Shown one piece after another: positions 8,971-21,490 of a stretch of DNA of 64,000 nt. The number at the start of each line of letters is the position of its first letter. The stretch's first letter is position 1. The stretch spans positions 1,120,001-1,184,000 of the forward strand of contig OZ242214.1 in the NCBI GenBank assembly GCA_965206595.1, given 5' to 3'. The notes under the pieces are model-generated. The model did no database searches, was not told where the DNA came from, and saw only the letters and a list, made by a program, of their open reading frames with translations. The DNA is from Candidatus Latescibacterota bacterium. Its GTDB lineage: Bacteria; Latescibacterota; UBA2968; UBA8231. The translations under genes and the position numbers were made by a program.

Positions 8971-11814
8971 TCAATGGGCGTCGAGCCAGGTGGGACCGGT
9001 CCCCATCTCGACGACGACAGGAACTTTCAGCGGGAGCGCCGTTTTCATCGCCTCCTCGACAACCTCCCTGACCTCCTTCTCCTCCTCGATGAAGAGGTCG
9101 AAGACCAGCTCGTCGTGGACCTGCAGCAGCATCCTCGTCTTCCAACAGCGCTCCTGCTGCTCACGGTGGATACTCGCCATGGCGATCTTGATCATGTCGG
9201 CGGCCGATCCCTGGATCGGGGAGTTGATGGCGTTGCGCTCGGCGGCCTTGCGCGCCGCGACGCTGCGGGAGTTGATGTCCCTCAGGTAGCGGCGCCTTCC
9301 CATCATGGTCTCGACGAAGCCGTTGGCGCGTGCGAATTCCACGGTTTCGTCCATGTAGGTCCGGACCCCCGGGTATTCCTCGAAATACTGTTCGATCATT
9401 TCGCCTGCCAGCTTGCGCGGCAATCCCAGGCGCTCGGACAGACCGAAGGCGGAGATCCCGTAGATGATGCCGAAGTTGACGGTCTTCGACTGGCGCCGCA
9501 TGTCGGCGGTCACCATCTCCGGGGGGACGCCATAGACGCGGCTTGCCGTCACCGTGTGGATGTCTTCGCCGGTGGCGAAGGCCCTGGTCATGCGCTCGTC
9601 CCCGCTGATCTCGGCGATGATGCGCAGCTCGATCTGCGAGTAGTCGGCCGACAGCAGGGTGAAGCCGCCGGGGCTGGGGACGAAGGCCTTGCGGATCTCC
9701 CTTCCCCTTTCGGTGCGGATCGGGATGTTCTGCAGATTCGGACCGCTCGACTGCATGCGGCCGGTGGCGGCGAACGCCTGCTCGTAGTAGGTGTGGATGC
9801 GTCCGGTTCTGGAGAAAATGGCCCCCGGAAGCATGTCGAGGTAGGTCGACTTCAGCTTCGTGCACAGCCGGTAGTCGAGAATCTGGCGCGCGATCTCGTG
9901 CTCGTGCGACAGCCGTGTCAGCACCAGCTCGTCGGTCTTGTACTGCTTGGATTTCTGGGTGCGGCGCGCGTGGGGATCGAGCTTGAGCTTGTCGAAAAGG
10001 ATGTTGCCGAGCTGGCTGGGGGAATTGAGGTTGAACGGCTCTCCCGCCAGCTCCTCGATGCGCCGGGCGGCGTCCTCGATATCCGCTTCCATCTCCCCGG
10101 AGAGCTGGTCGAGGGATGCGGCGTCGACGCGGACGCCGGCCGTCTCCATGTGGGCGAGCACCGGGATCAGCGGCGCCTCCACCTGCTCGTAGACCGCGGC
10201 CTGATTCTTTTCCTCCAGGAGGTCCTCGAGTATTCCGGCGAGCTGCAGGGCGACGTCGGCGTCCTCGACGGAGTACTCGAGGACCTCCTGGAGCGGCACC
10301 TCGCGGATGCTGCGCTGCTCGGAGCCCTTTTCCCCGATCAGTTCGGAAATCGGAATCGGGCGGTACCCGAGCAGGGCCTGGGACAGGTAGTCGAGACTCC
10401 GCCGCATGTCGGGAACCGCCAGGAAGGCGGCTACCATGGTGTCGAACAGCTTCCCCCGGACCTCGATGCCGTGCCACAGGAGGGTGACGACGTCGAACTT
10501 GAGGTTGTGGCCGATCTTGGCGATCTCGCCGCTTTCGAGGATCGGCCGGAAGTCCTCCAGCACCGCGGCGGCTTCCTCGCGAGGTTCCGGGAGGGGCACG
10601 TAGAACCCGGAGTGGGGCTCGAGGGCAACGGCGATGCCGGCGATGTCGCAGGATTTGGCATCGAGGCCGGTGGTCTCGAGATCGATGCTGATCCTCGAGC
10701 TGCCCAGAAGCGCGGCGATCAGCTCCGCCCGGCCCTCGGGGTCGGACACCAGGCGGTAGTCGTGCTCGACGTCGGCGATGGTCCTGAGCTCCACCGCATC
10801 CCCAACTTCCAGCTGGGCGCCGTCCCCGGGCGCCTGCGAAGCGGCCCGCACCTGCCGCGGCGCCGCGTGGAAGCCGTCCCCGAACAGGCGCCTGCCGAAC
10901 ATGTTGAACTCGAGCTCGACGAAGATCTGCTTCAGCATCCCGGCGTCGATCGGCTTGCGCTCGAAGTCGGGGAGGGACCCTGGAACGGGAACGTCCCTGA
11001 CGATGGTGACGAGCTTCTTCGAGAGCAGGGCCTGCTCTCGGTGCTCTTCCAGCACGGCGCGCCGTTTTCCTTTGACCTCCTCCAGCCGCCCGAGAAGGTT
11101 CTCGACCGAGCCGAACTCCTGGATCAGCTTGGTCGCGGTTTTCTGCCCTATCCCCGGAACACCGGGAACGTTGTCGATCGCGTCCCCCATCAGTCCGAGG
11201 ATGTCGCGCACCTGGTCGGCCGACTCGATCTGCCATTTCTCCCGCACCTCGGCGTCGCCGAGAATCTCGGTGCCGCTCCCGGAGCGTCCGGGCCGGTACA
11301 GGTAGGTGCGCTCCGAGACCAGCTGGGCGAAGTCCTTGTCCGGAGTCACCATGTAGGTGGTCGCCCCCTCGGCTTCGGCGCGCTTGACCAGGGTCCCTAT
11401 GACGTCGTCCGCCTCCCACCCCGGTTCCCGGATCACGGGAATGCGGAAGCCCTCGCAGATCCGGAAAATGAACGGCATCGCCTGTCCGAGATCGTCCGGC
11501 ATGGCCTCGCGCTGCGCCTTGTACTCGGCGTACTCCTCGTGGCGGTGGGTCGGGCCCGGGGCGTCGAAGACGACGGCGATGTGGGTGGGGTGGTACTTGT
11601 CGAGGATTTCCAGCAGCGTCGAGGTGAACACGAACGGCGCCGCGGTGTTGACCCCCGCCGCGGTCGTCGGCGGGTTGTTGAGCATGGCGAAATAGCCGCG
11701 ATAGGCCAGCGCCATGCCGTCGAGGAGGTAGAGGATAGGGGGGCCGTCTTCCAGGCCGGGAAGAGCGGCAGCCGGAGGGGAGGCGTGGTCGCCGGCAGAG
11801 TCGTAATCGGTCAT
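8971..11814 (-). CDS. polA: DNA polymerase I
   Basis: LLDGMALAYR and EADDVIGTL 5'-3' exonuclease; DLETT 3'-5' exonuclease; ADYSQIELR, KTVNFGIIYG, LQVHDEL polymerase motifs; start taken at ATG 11814. Confidence 0.97.
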   Translation of the reverse strand: MTDYDSAGDHASPPAAALPGLEDGPPILYLLDGMALAYRGYFAMLNNPPTTAAGVNTAAPFVFTSTLLEILDKYHPTHIAVVFDAPGPTHRHEEYAEYKAQREAMPDDLGQAMPFIFRICEGFRIPVIREPGWEADDVIGTLVKRAEAEGATTYMVTPDKDFAQLVSERTYLYRPGRSGSGTEILGDAEVREKWQIESADQVRDILGLMGDAIDNVPGVPGIGQKTATKLIQEFGSVENLLGRLEEVKGKRRAVLEEHREQALLSKKLVTIVRDVPVPGSLPDFERKPIDAGMLKQIFVELEFNMFGRRLFGDGFHAAPRQVRAASQAPGDGAQLEVGDAVELRTIADVEHDYRLVSDPEGRAELIAALLGSSRISIDLETTGLDAKSCDIAGIAVALEPHSGFYVPLPEPREEAAAVLEDFRPILESGEIAKIGHNLKFDVVTLLWHGIEVRGKLFDTMVAAFLAVPDMRRSLDYLSQALLGYRPIPISELIGEKGSEQRSIREVPLQEVLEYSVEDADVALQLAGILEDLLEEKNQAAVYEQVEAPLIPVLAHMETAGVRVDAASLDQLSGEMEADIEDAARRIEELAGEPFNLNSPSQLGNILFDKLKLDPHARRTQKSKQYKTDELVLTRLSHEHEIARQILDYRLCTKLKSTYLDMLPGAIFSRTGRIHTYYEQAFAATGRMQSSGPNLQNIPIRTERGREIRKAFVPSPGGFTLLSADYSQIELRIIAEISGDERMTRAFATGEDIHTVTASRVYGVPPEMVTADMRRQSKTVNFGIIYGISAFGLSERLGLPRKLAGEMIEQYFEEYPGVRTYMDETVEFARANGFVETMMGRRRYLRDINSRSVAARKAAERNAINSPIQGSAADMIKIAMASIHREQQERCWKTRMLLQVHDELVFDLFIEEEKEVREVVEEAMKTALPLKVPVVVEMGTGPTWLDAH

Positions 11815-11971
11815 TGAGTGAAGGTGGGTCGGGAGTTGTGCGGCGCCTCGGTGCGGCGCAGGCGCATCAACTAATGCCATGCCCGGTACCAGGGCAAGTC
11901 GCCCGGCTTTCTTGATGAGGCGTCCCGATGGCGCCAAATTGTCGTGCCGCAGAAACGACAGGAGCGCAGCG

Positions 11972-12799
11972 ATGGCGAAAGCCAGGAGGGGGAATCCCCC
12001 CTCCAATACCTCGGGAAAAAAGAAGAAGCTGGATCGCCAGTACTACGAGAAGGAGCTGGTCGAGCTCCAGGTCGAGCTGGCCAAGCTGCAGGAGTGGATA
12101 CGCCAGAATGGACTGAAAGTGGTCGTCGTCTTCGAGGGCCGCGACGCCGCCGGGAAGGGGGGCGTCATCCGGCGCATCACCGAGTCGCTCAATTCCCGCA
12201 TCTGCCGGGTCGTCGCCCTCGGCACCCCCACGGAACGCCAGAAGACTCAGTGGTACTTCCAGCGTTACGTCGAGGAGCTCCCCGCGGCGGGAGAGATGGT
12301 CCTCTTCGACCGCAGCTGGTACAACCGCGCCGGCGTCGAGAGGGTGATGGGGTTCTGCACCGAGGAAGAGGTGGAGGAGTTCTTCCGCACCTGCCCCGAG
12401 TTCGAGCGCATGCTGGTGCGCTCCGGGATCATCCTGATCAAGTACTGGTTCTCGGTTTCCGAGGAGGAACAGGAACGGCGCTTCCGGCGGCGCATCTCCG
12501 ACCCCGCCCGGCGCTGGAAGCTCAGCGGCATGGACCTGGAGTCGCGTCGGCGCTGGGTCGACTACTCGCGGGCAAAGGACGACATGTTCCGGCATACCGA
12601 CATAAAGCAGGCGCCCTGGTACGTCGTCGACTCCAACGACAAGAGCCGCGCCCGCCTCAACTGCATTTCCCACCTGCTGAGCATGATCTCCTACAAGAAC
12701 GTGCTCCCCGACAAGCTCGAGGTGCCGCCCCTGCAGCAGGACGACAGCTACGTGCGCTCGCCGGTAGATGACCAGACCTTCGTGCCGGAAGCGTACTGA
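11972..12799 (+). CDS. ppk2: Polyphosphate kinase 2
   Basis: FEGRDAAGKGG Walker A, QWYFQRY, FDRSWYNRAGVERVMGFC. Confidence 0.96.
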   Translation: MAKARRGNPPSNTSGKKKKLDRQYYEKELVELQVELAKLQEWIRQNGLKVVVVFEGRDAAGKGGVIRRITESLNSRICRVVALGTPTERQKTQWYFQRYVEELPAAGEMVLFDRSWYNRAGVERVMGFCTEEEVEEFFRTCPEFERMLVRSGIILIKYWFSVSEEEQERRFRRRISDPARRWKLSGMDLESRRRWVDYSRAKDDMFRHTDIKQAPWYVVDSNDKSRARLNCISHLLSMISYKNVLPDKLEVPPLQQDDSYVRSPVDDQTFVPEAY

Positions 12800-12822
12800 C
12801 ACGACGACCGGAGAAAGGACCT

Positions 12823-13620
12823 ATGCCCCGAACCAGACCGCCCGACCCGACCGCCCTCGGCCGCGGCTTCAAGCGCCGCCTCAGGTCGGGCGAGGTTTCC
12901 CTCGGCCTGACGGCGATGGAGTACCTGCGGCCATCGCTCGCCAAGCTCTACGCCCACGCCGGCATGGACTTCGTTTACATCGAGAAGGAGCACGGGCTCT
13001 TCGACGGCCCCGAGTTGACCGATTTCGTGCTCGCCGCCCGCGACAACCGCCTGCCTGCGATCTCGAAGCTCGGGGAGCTCAACCGCGCCGAGACAGGGCG
13101 TCTCCTCGAAGCCGGGCTAACGGGCATTCAGCTGCCGAGAACGGAGAGCCGCGAGCAACTGGCCGCCCTCGTCGACTACGTGAAGTTCCCGCCCCTCGGA
13201 ACCCGTGCAGGAGCTCCCGGATACGGGAACACCGACTACGCTCTGCCCGACGATCACGCCGCCTGGCTGCGCAAGGCCAACCAGTCGACCGTCGTCGTCG
13301 CCCACATCGAGACGGCGCGCGGGCTGGAAAACGTCGAGGAGATTGCCGGAACCCCCCATCTCGACGTCATCTACGTCGGCCCCTACGACTTCGCGATCGA
13401 AATGGGGCATCCCGGAGACTACGATCACCAGGACGTGCTGGCCGGGATGGAGAGGGTGCTGCAGGTCTGCCTCTCGCGCGGCATCGCCTTCGGTACCACC
13501 GCGTCGAGTCCGGAGGCCGGCAGGCGCTGGATCGAAAAAGGCTGCCGCTATTTCGAGATGGAGACCGAGGTCGAGTTGATCGGTCACGGGGCGGCGCAGG
13601 CGGTGGCCGCCTACCGGTAG
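12823..13620 (+). CDS. HpcH/HpaI aldolase family protein
   Basis: DFVYIEKEHG, VKFPPLGTR, HIET..GLENVEEIA..P.LDVIYVGPYD. Confidence 0.85.
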   Translation: MPRTRPPDPTALGRGFKRRLRSGEVSLGLTAMEYLRPSLAKLYAHAGMDFVYIEKEHGLFDGPELTDFVLAARDNRLPAISKLGELNRAETGRLLEAGLTGIQLPRTESREQLAALVDYVKFPPLGTRAGAPGYGNTDYALPDDHAAWLRKANQSTVVVAHIETARGLENVEEIAGTPHLDVIYVGPYDFAIEMGHPGDYDHQDVLAGMERVLQVCLSRGIAFGTTASSPEAGRRWIEKGCRYFEMETEVELIGHGAAQAVAAYR

Positions 13621-13642
13621 GGCCCTGTGGCGCGGAGGTCTC

Positions 13643-14662
13643 TCAGGCGTCGCGCCAGTCGAAGATCACCCCCAGCATGTCCTTGTCGCGGCTGAAGATC
13701 TTGTCGTACGCGGTCTTCATCCCGGTGTAGCTCAGCCGGTGCGTGATCGTGTGCCGGGGCTCCAGCCTGCCGTCCGCCATCAGCGACAGGGTGTGGGCGC
13801 AGGCGGTGCGCCAGGCGAAGCGGTCCCCTCTGGTGGGGAAGAGATAGCCGCTCTGCTCCGAAACGGCTATCAGCGAGATCCCCTTGATATAAAAACGCTC
13901 CATCGCCAGCGGGTTGTGGTCGAGAGGAGGCTCGCCGCGGCCGGGAAGGCTGACGATGGAGACGCGGCCGTTGGGGCGCACCACCTCGAGCGAGGTGCGC
14001 AGGGCCGGCCACGGGTTGGCGGTCAGGATCACGAGGTCGACCCCGATGCCGTCGGTGAAGGCGTCGGTCTTCTCGGCCAGTTCCGGATCGTCCGATGCGA
14101 AGCAGGCGTGGGCGCCCATCCTGCGCGCCGTGTCTATGCGCGCCGGGCTGTTCCCCAGGCCGATGACGCGCGCCCCGAAGCAGGGCCCCAGCGCTACCGC
14201 CCCCATGCCGAGGATGCCGAGGCCGACCACGGCGACGGTCTCTCCGGGGGTGAACCAGGCCTTGCGGTAACAGTGGGCGCTGAGGGTGTACAGTTGCGAC
14301 CATACGGCATCTTCGGGGTCGACGCCTTCCGGCACCTTGACGATCTGCCAGTAGCCGTCCTCCTCGGCGACGTACTCCGACTGGTGCCAGACCCGGGACA
14401 CGACCCGGTCTCCGGGACGGAACCTCGTCACCTGCGAGCCGACCGCCTCGACGATCCCGAGGTTGCTGTCCCCGACCTGGCGCGGGTAGTCCGGAGCCCC
14501 GGGCACTCGTTCCGCTCCTTCGTAGTTGCCCCGGTCGGTCCCGATCTTGAGGGCGGAGATCAGGGTGCGCACGTGGATTTCGGTGGGCCCGAGGTTCGCG
14601 GTGTCCAGCTCCCGCTCCTCGATATGCAGATCCTGCGGCCCGTACAGCATCGCCAGTTTCAT
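13643..14662 (-). CDS. MDR-family (zinc-binding-type) dehydrogenase
   Basis: GroES-like N-domain (GIVEAVGSQVTRFRPGDRV), Rossmann VVGLGILG, ITHRL; ATG at 14662. Confidence 0.82.
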   Translation of the reverse strand: MKLAMLYGPQDLHIEERELDTANLGPTEIHVRTLISALKIGTDRGNYEGAERVPGAPDYPRQVGDSNLGIVEAVGSQVTRFRPGDRVVSRVWHQSEYVAEEDGYWQIVKVPEGVDPEDAVWSQLYTLSAHCYRKAWFTPGETVAVVGLGILGMGAVALGPCFGARVIGLGNSPARIDTARRMGAHACFASDDPELAEKTDAFTDGIGVDLVILTANPWPALRTSLEVVRPNGRVSIVSLPGRGEPPLDHNPLAMERFYIKGISLIAVSEQSGYLFPTRGDRFAWRTACAHTLSLMADGRLEPRHTITHRLSYTGMKTAYDKIFSRDKDMLGVIFDWRDA

Positions 14663-14725
14663 GGTCGGTTCTCTTTCCGTGTTTGGCAGGCCGCTGCCTG
14701 CGGGAGTGAGTCCTTCAAGTTTCGG

Positions 14726-14881
14726 CCCGAGCTGCAGGGCACTCGGCCGCCTACCCTTTCGGCGATGTGACGGGGAAGGGTAGGCCCATTCGGAAACGCC
14801 CGTTGAAGCTCCGAGTTCAGCAATGCGCTCCTCTTGGTAGGTACCCAATCCATCTCGCGCCCTGTCTTTCGGCAGCTCGGG
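14726..14881. other. Multi-helix intergenic element (candidate structured RNA or miniature repeat element)
   Basis: CCCGAGCTGC (14726-35)/GCAGCTCGGG (14872-81); AGGGC/GCCCT; ACTCGG (14741-46)/CCGAGT (14811-16); GCCTACCCTT (14749-58)/AAGGGTAGGC (14776-85). Confidence 0.45.
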
Positions 14882-14964
14882 GGTAAGATCGCACTGCGGA
14901 GGAGAACCGCGGTGGATCACCGGAGGAGGTCCCGTCCGCGACTGCAGGCAACCTCAGGTGGGGG

Positions 14965-15903
14965 CTACAGGGCGGCGCGTTCGAACTCGGCGATCACTCC
15001 GTCGTCGATCGCCGTGGCCGCGGCGCGCACGTTCATCTCCAGCTGCTCGATGGTGAGGCTGCCGATCGGGTTCCCGTGTATGCGCGGCTCGCGCAGGCAG
15101 AACTGGAGCGCCAGCTGCAGCAGCGACAGCCCCCGCTCCTCGCACCACAGCCGCATAGCCTCGGCGCGATGGTGGTCGTCCCGCCATTGGTCCCGCGGCG
15201 CGATCCTCTCTCCGGGGGTTCCCGTAAGCCAACCGCGCATGATCGACCAGCCGTTGAGGACCCCCATGTCGCTGTCGGCCGCGGCCCCGAGGAGGCCGGA
15301 AGCGGCGGTCCTGCCCAGGAGATTGTAGTCGCTGAAGGTCAGCAGCACGTCGGTGCGGCCCGAAGCGATGGCGGCGCCGTGGAAATCGTGGGAGCGCATG
15401 CCGTACCCGAGCCAGCGGACCCAACCGCGTTCGCGCGCTGCTTCCAGGCCCTCGAGGGTGCCGCCGGCCGCCAGGGTCGGCTCCATGGCCGGGGGATCGT
15501 GAATCAGGAGCACGTCGAAATGGTCGGTTCCCAGGATGCCGAGCTGATCCTCGACGTCGGCGAGGACGCGGTCGCCGGAGTAGTCCGGTTCTCCCTCTCC
15601 GTACCCGCCCCAGGGGGCGGCGCTGTGGCAGCAGACGCGCCCGCTGACGACGATTTCGTCCCGGGCCACCACTTTCTGCCTTATCGCCGCCCCGAGCTTG
15701 CCGAGCGAGTCGCCGTAGCAGCGCGCGCAATCGAAGTGGTTTACCCCGATGTCGACGGCGCGGCGGATCATGCCCGCGGCCTCCGCCGCGCTCACCGGCC
15801 CGAAGTGATTTCCGAATCCCTGGGTGCCGAAGGGGATGACCGGTATTGAAATCCCGGTTTTTCCCCAGCGACGCCGGGGACAGATCAGTTCCTTGTCAGG
15901 CAT
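14965..15903 (-). CDS. Aldo/keto reductase
   Basis: RRRWGKTG...FGT, HFDCARCYG, DVLLIHDP, LLQLALQF. Confidence 0.85.
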   Translation of the reverse strand: MPDKELICPRRRWGKTGISIPVIPFGTQGFGNHFGPVSAAEAAGMIRRAVDIGVNHFDCARCYGDSLGKLGAAIRQKVVARDEIVVSGRVCCHSAAPWGGYGEGEPDYSGDRVLADVEDQLGILGTDHFDVLLIHDPPAMEPTLAAGGTLEGLEAARERGWVRWLGYGMRSHDFHGAAIASGRTDVLLTFSDYNLLGRTAASGLLGAAADSDMGVLNGWSIMRGWLTGTPGERIAPRDQWRDDHHRAEAMRLWCEERGLSLLQLALQFCLREPRIHGNPIGSLTIEQLEMNVRAAATAIDDGVIAEFERAAL

Positions 15904-16014
15904 GAAATTGCAGGAAAGCTCCTGCAGTTCGGGTTCCCGGCCTTCGAGCCGGTGGCGAAAAACTCCATTCTGCCTGCGGCCGGCCTCGCCTTCAGGAGCG
16001 GTTCCCGTCGCCTC

Positions 16015-16539
16015 CTACGAGAACCCCAGCAGCTCGACGTCGAAGAGCAGGGTGGCGTTCGGCGGGATCACCCCGCCGGCTCCGCGCGCGCCGTATCCCA
16101 GCTCCGCCGGAATGATCAGCCGGTATTTCGCGTCCACCTTCATCAAGGCGATGCCCTCGTCCCAGCCGGCGATCACCTGCCCTGTTCCGAGCTCGAACTC
16201 GAAGGGCTGGTTGCGCTTGTAGGAGCTGTCGAACACGGTGCCGTCTTCGAGCATGCCGGTGTAGTGGACGCGCACCCGGCTGCCCGCAGAAGGTGGCTCG
16301 CCGCTGCCCTCTTCGACTACGATGAACTGCAGACCGCTGGTGGTCGAGCCGGGATTGGCCATGGCCTCCTCGTCTATCTCGAAGATCACTGCCTCCCCGG
16401 GGGTGCCGGTCTCCGGGTCGGAGGATGGATTGGTGGAGTCGCAGGCCGAAAGCCATGCCGCGGCGGCGGCCAGACCGGCGGAGACGGCTCGCAGCCAGCG
16501 CCTGCGGGGTTGGTTCTGGTGCAATCGTTCCTTGATCAT
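16015..16539 (-). CDS. FKBP-type peptidyl-prolyl cis-trans isomerase, probable lipoprotein
   Basis: VHYTGMLEDGTVFDSS, VIAGWDEG, IPAELGYG, IPPNATLLFDVEL; LSAC lipobox; ATGA overlap with the upstream gene. Confidence 0.93.
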   Translation of the reverse strand: MIKERLHQNQPRRRWLRAVSAGLAAAAAWLSACDSTNPSSDPETGTPGEAVIFEIDEEAMANPGSTTSGLQFIVVEEGSGEPPSAGSRVRVHYTGMLEDGTVFDSSYKRNQPFEFELGTGQVIAGWDEGIALMKVDAKYRLIIPAELGYGARGAGGVIPPNATLLFDVELLGFS

Positions 16540-17240
16540 TCCCTCTCTCCGGATATTCGGGTGATCCACCCTGACGTCGCGTCGCAGTAGAGCAAGTCGT
16601 CGCCGCAGATGGAGAGTCCGTGGGGCTCGGGTGCGGACCCGGGCACGACTATGCGCTCGAGTTCGGTCCCGTCTTCAGGGTCGAGCTTGAGGATGACGCG
16701 GTCGCTGGTGAACACCACCCAGGCGCCGCCGGCCGTGCGCACGACGCCGTGGGCGCGCCCGTAGGGAAGGGGGATGGCGTGCACCACCTCCCATCCGTCG
16801 ATGGCGACCTTGCTGAGCGTCTGGTCGGCGAGGGTGGTCACCCAGAGGTAGCCGCTGTCGATGTGGTCGTACTCGATGCCGTGGACGCCGGTCTCTCCTG
16901 GAACGCGGAAGCGGTCCAGGGTCTTTCCGGTACGGGGGTCGACCCTGAGGATCTCGCCTCTCTCGGCGTCGGTTGCCCGCACCGGCCGCCACATGCTGCC
17001 GTCGCCGTTGGCCGCCAGCCACAGGGCGCCGTCGCCGTACGCCAGGCCGCTGGTGTTCGAGCTCTCGCTCGGTACCTCCCGCAGCCACCGGGTGACCCCG
17101 TAGATCGAGGGCTCGGCCATCTCGACGAGGGCGACGCGGTCGGTGATCTGATCGGCGATCCACAGTCCTTCGGCGGTGACCTGAAGCCCGTTGGGAACGC
17201 CGCAGAGGGCGCGAAACAGCCTTTCGATCCGGTACGCCAT
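16536..17240 (-). CDS. Beta-propeller protein (Vgb/NHL/glutaminyl-cyclase-like)
   Basis: Begins MAYRIERLF; repeated blades PNGL..GLW, SGLAYGDGALW, HGIEYD..LW, AHGVV..AW, PHGLS..LLY; falsely fused to the upstream gene in the ORF track. Confidence 0.7.
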   Translation of the reverse strand: MAYRIERLFRALCGVPNGLQVTAEGLWIADQITDRVALVEMAEPSIYGVTRWLREVPSESSNTSGLAYGDGALWLAANGDGSMWRPVRATDAERGEILRVDPRTGKTLDRFRVPGETGVHGIEYDHIDSGYLWVTTLADQTLSKVAIDGWEVVHAIPLPYGRAHGVVRTAGGAWVVFTSDRVILKLDPEDGTELERIVVPGSAPEPHGLSICGDDLLYCDATSGWITRISGERE

Positions 17241-17247
17241 CGGGCAG

Positions 17248-18239
17248 CTACGAGCGCGCGACCGCGGCCGGCCGGCCGCGGTCGCGCCGATTCCCAGGCC
17301 GCCTCGGTCAGCTCGATCACCCGCAGGCCGCATTGCGGCGGCACCTGGACCTCGTCGCGGCCGAGGATGGCGTCGACGAAGTTGCGGGTCCGGGGTGCTG
17401 CCCCCGGGCAGGTTGGCCGGCTCGCACGGCTCGGCGCCGGCTTCCCTCCAGGTGATGCGGCCGTTGCGCATCATCACCGCGGCCCTGGTTCCCCAGATGG
17501 TGATGTCCTCCCAGATCCCGGATGCAGGAGAGTTGCCGACCACGGAGATGTTCCCGAGGGCGCCGTTGGCGAACCTGACATTCATCGCCGAGTTGATGTC
17601 GACCTCGGATTCGAAGTTTTCGATGAAGGCGTGGACCTCGGCGGCTTCGAGACCGGTCATCCACAGCAGGATGTCGAGCAGATGGCTGCCCGAGTCGTTG
17701 AGCTGGCCGCCGCCGCTGAGGGCCATCTGCTGGCGCCAGGTCCCCCGCGATCCCAGGTACCAGCGCTGGTCCTGGAGCGCGGAAACGAACTGGATCTCCC
17801 CGAGCTCTCCGCACAGTACCTGGTTGCGCACGAAGCGGAACTCGGCGGCAAGGTGCCTCTGGTAGGAGACCATCAGCAGCTTTCCGGCCCGCTCGGAGCC
17901 GGCGATGACGTCGCGGGCGTGGTCGACGCGGCAGACCATCGGCTTCTCGGTCAGCACGTGGAGGCCGCGGTCCAGGCTCGCCATGATCTGCTCGTAGTGC
18001 AGGGTATGTGGAGTGGAGATCTGAACGGCGTCGAGGTCGGGGCCGGCGAGAAGCTCGCGGTAGTCGCCGAAAGCCGGCGTCTCCGCCAGCTCGCCGTAGC
18101 GTGCGCGCACGCGGTCGATGGCTTCGCCGCTGACGTCGGCCAGGGCGGCGACTTCGACCTCGGGAAAGCCGAGAACCCTTCCCATGTGGCTGGAGGCGTT
18201 GCCGCCGCAGCCGATGAAGCCCATCCTGATCCGGTTCAT
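17248..18239 (-). CDS. Gfo/Idh/MocA oxidoreductase with two apparent +1 frameshifts near the 3' end
   Basis: GFIGCGG, STPHTLH, HVLTEKPM, SGGGQLNDSGSH; C-terminus NFVDAILG..GLRVIELTEAAWESA..GRPAAVARS* needs two frame changes; span 992 nt = 330 codons + 2. Confidence 0.8.
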
Positions 18240-18350
18240 TTCCAGTTTCCCGCCGCCCAAAAAGGGCCGAATATACCGCCGGCCCCGGACGCCTCAAAAT
18301 AAAGGGTGCCGTGCAAGAGGTGCGGTGTGCGCCCCCCGGCCCCGCCTGAA

Positions 18351-21486
<3,136 letters not shown>

Positions 21487-21490
<4 letters not shown>

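Noticed and set aside
8974-11817. 947-aa plus-strand ORF
   Set aside because: Antisense shadow of polA
14726-14881. Lysine riboswitch, 6S RNA or retron msr-msd identity for the structured element
   Set aside because: Only isolated words match (AGAGGAGCG, GCCGAAAG), the fold is not rod-like, and no reverse transcriptase is nearby
16536-18260. 574-aa oxidoreductase-propeller fusion in the ORF track
   Set aside because: The linker is out-of-frame sequence; the true oxidoreductase C-terminus is visible in other frames
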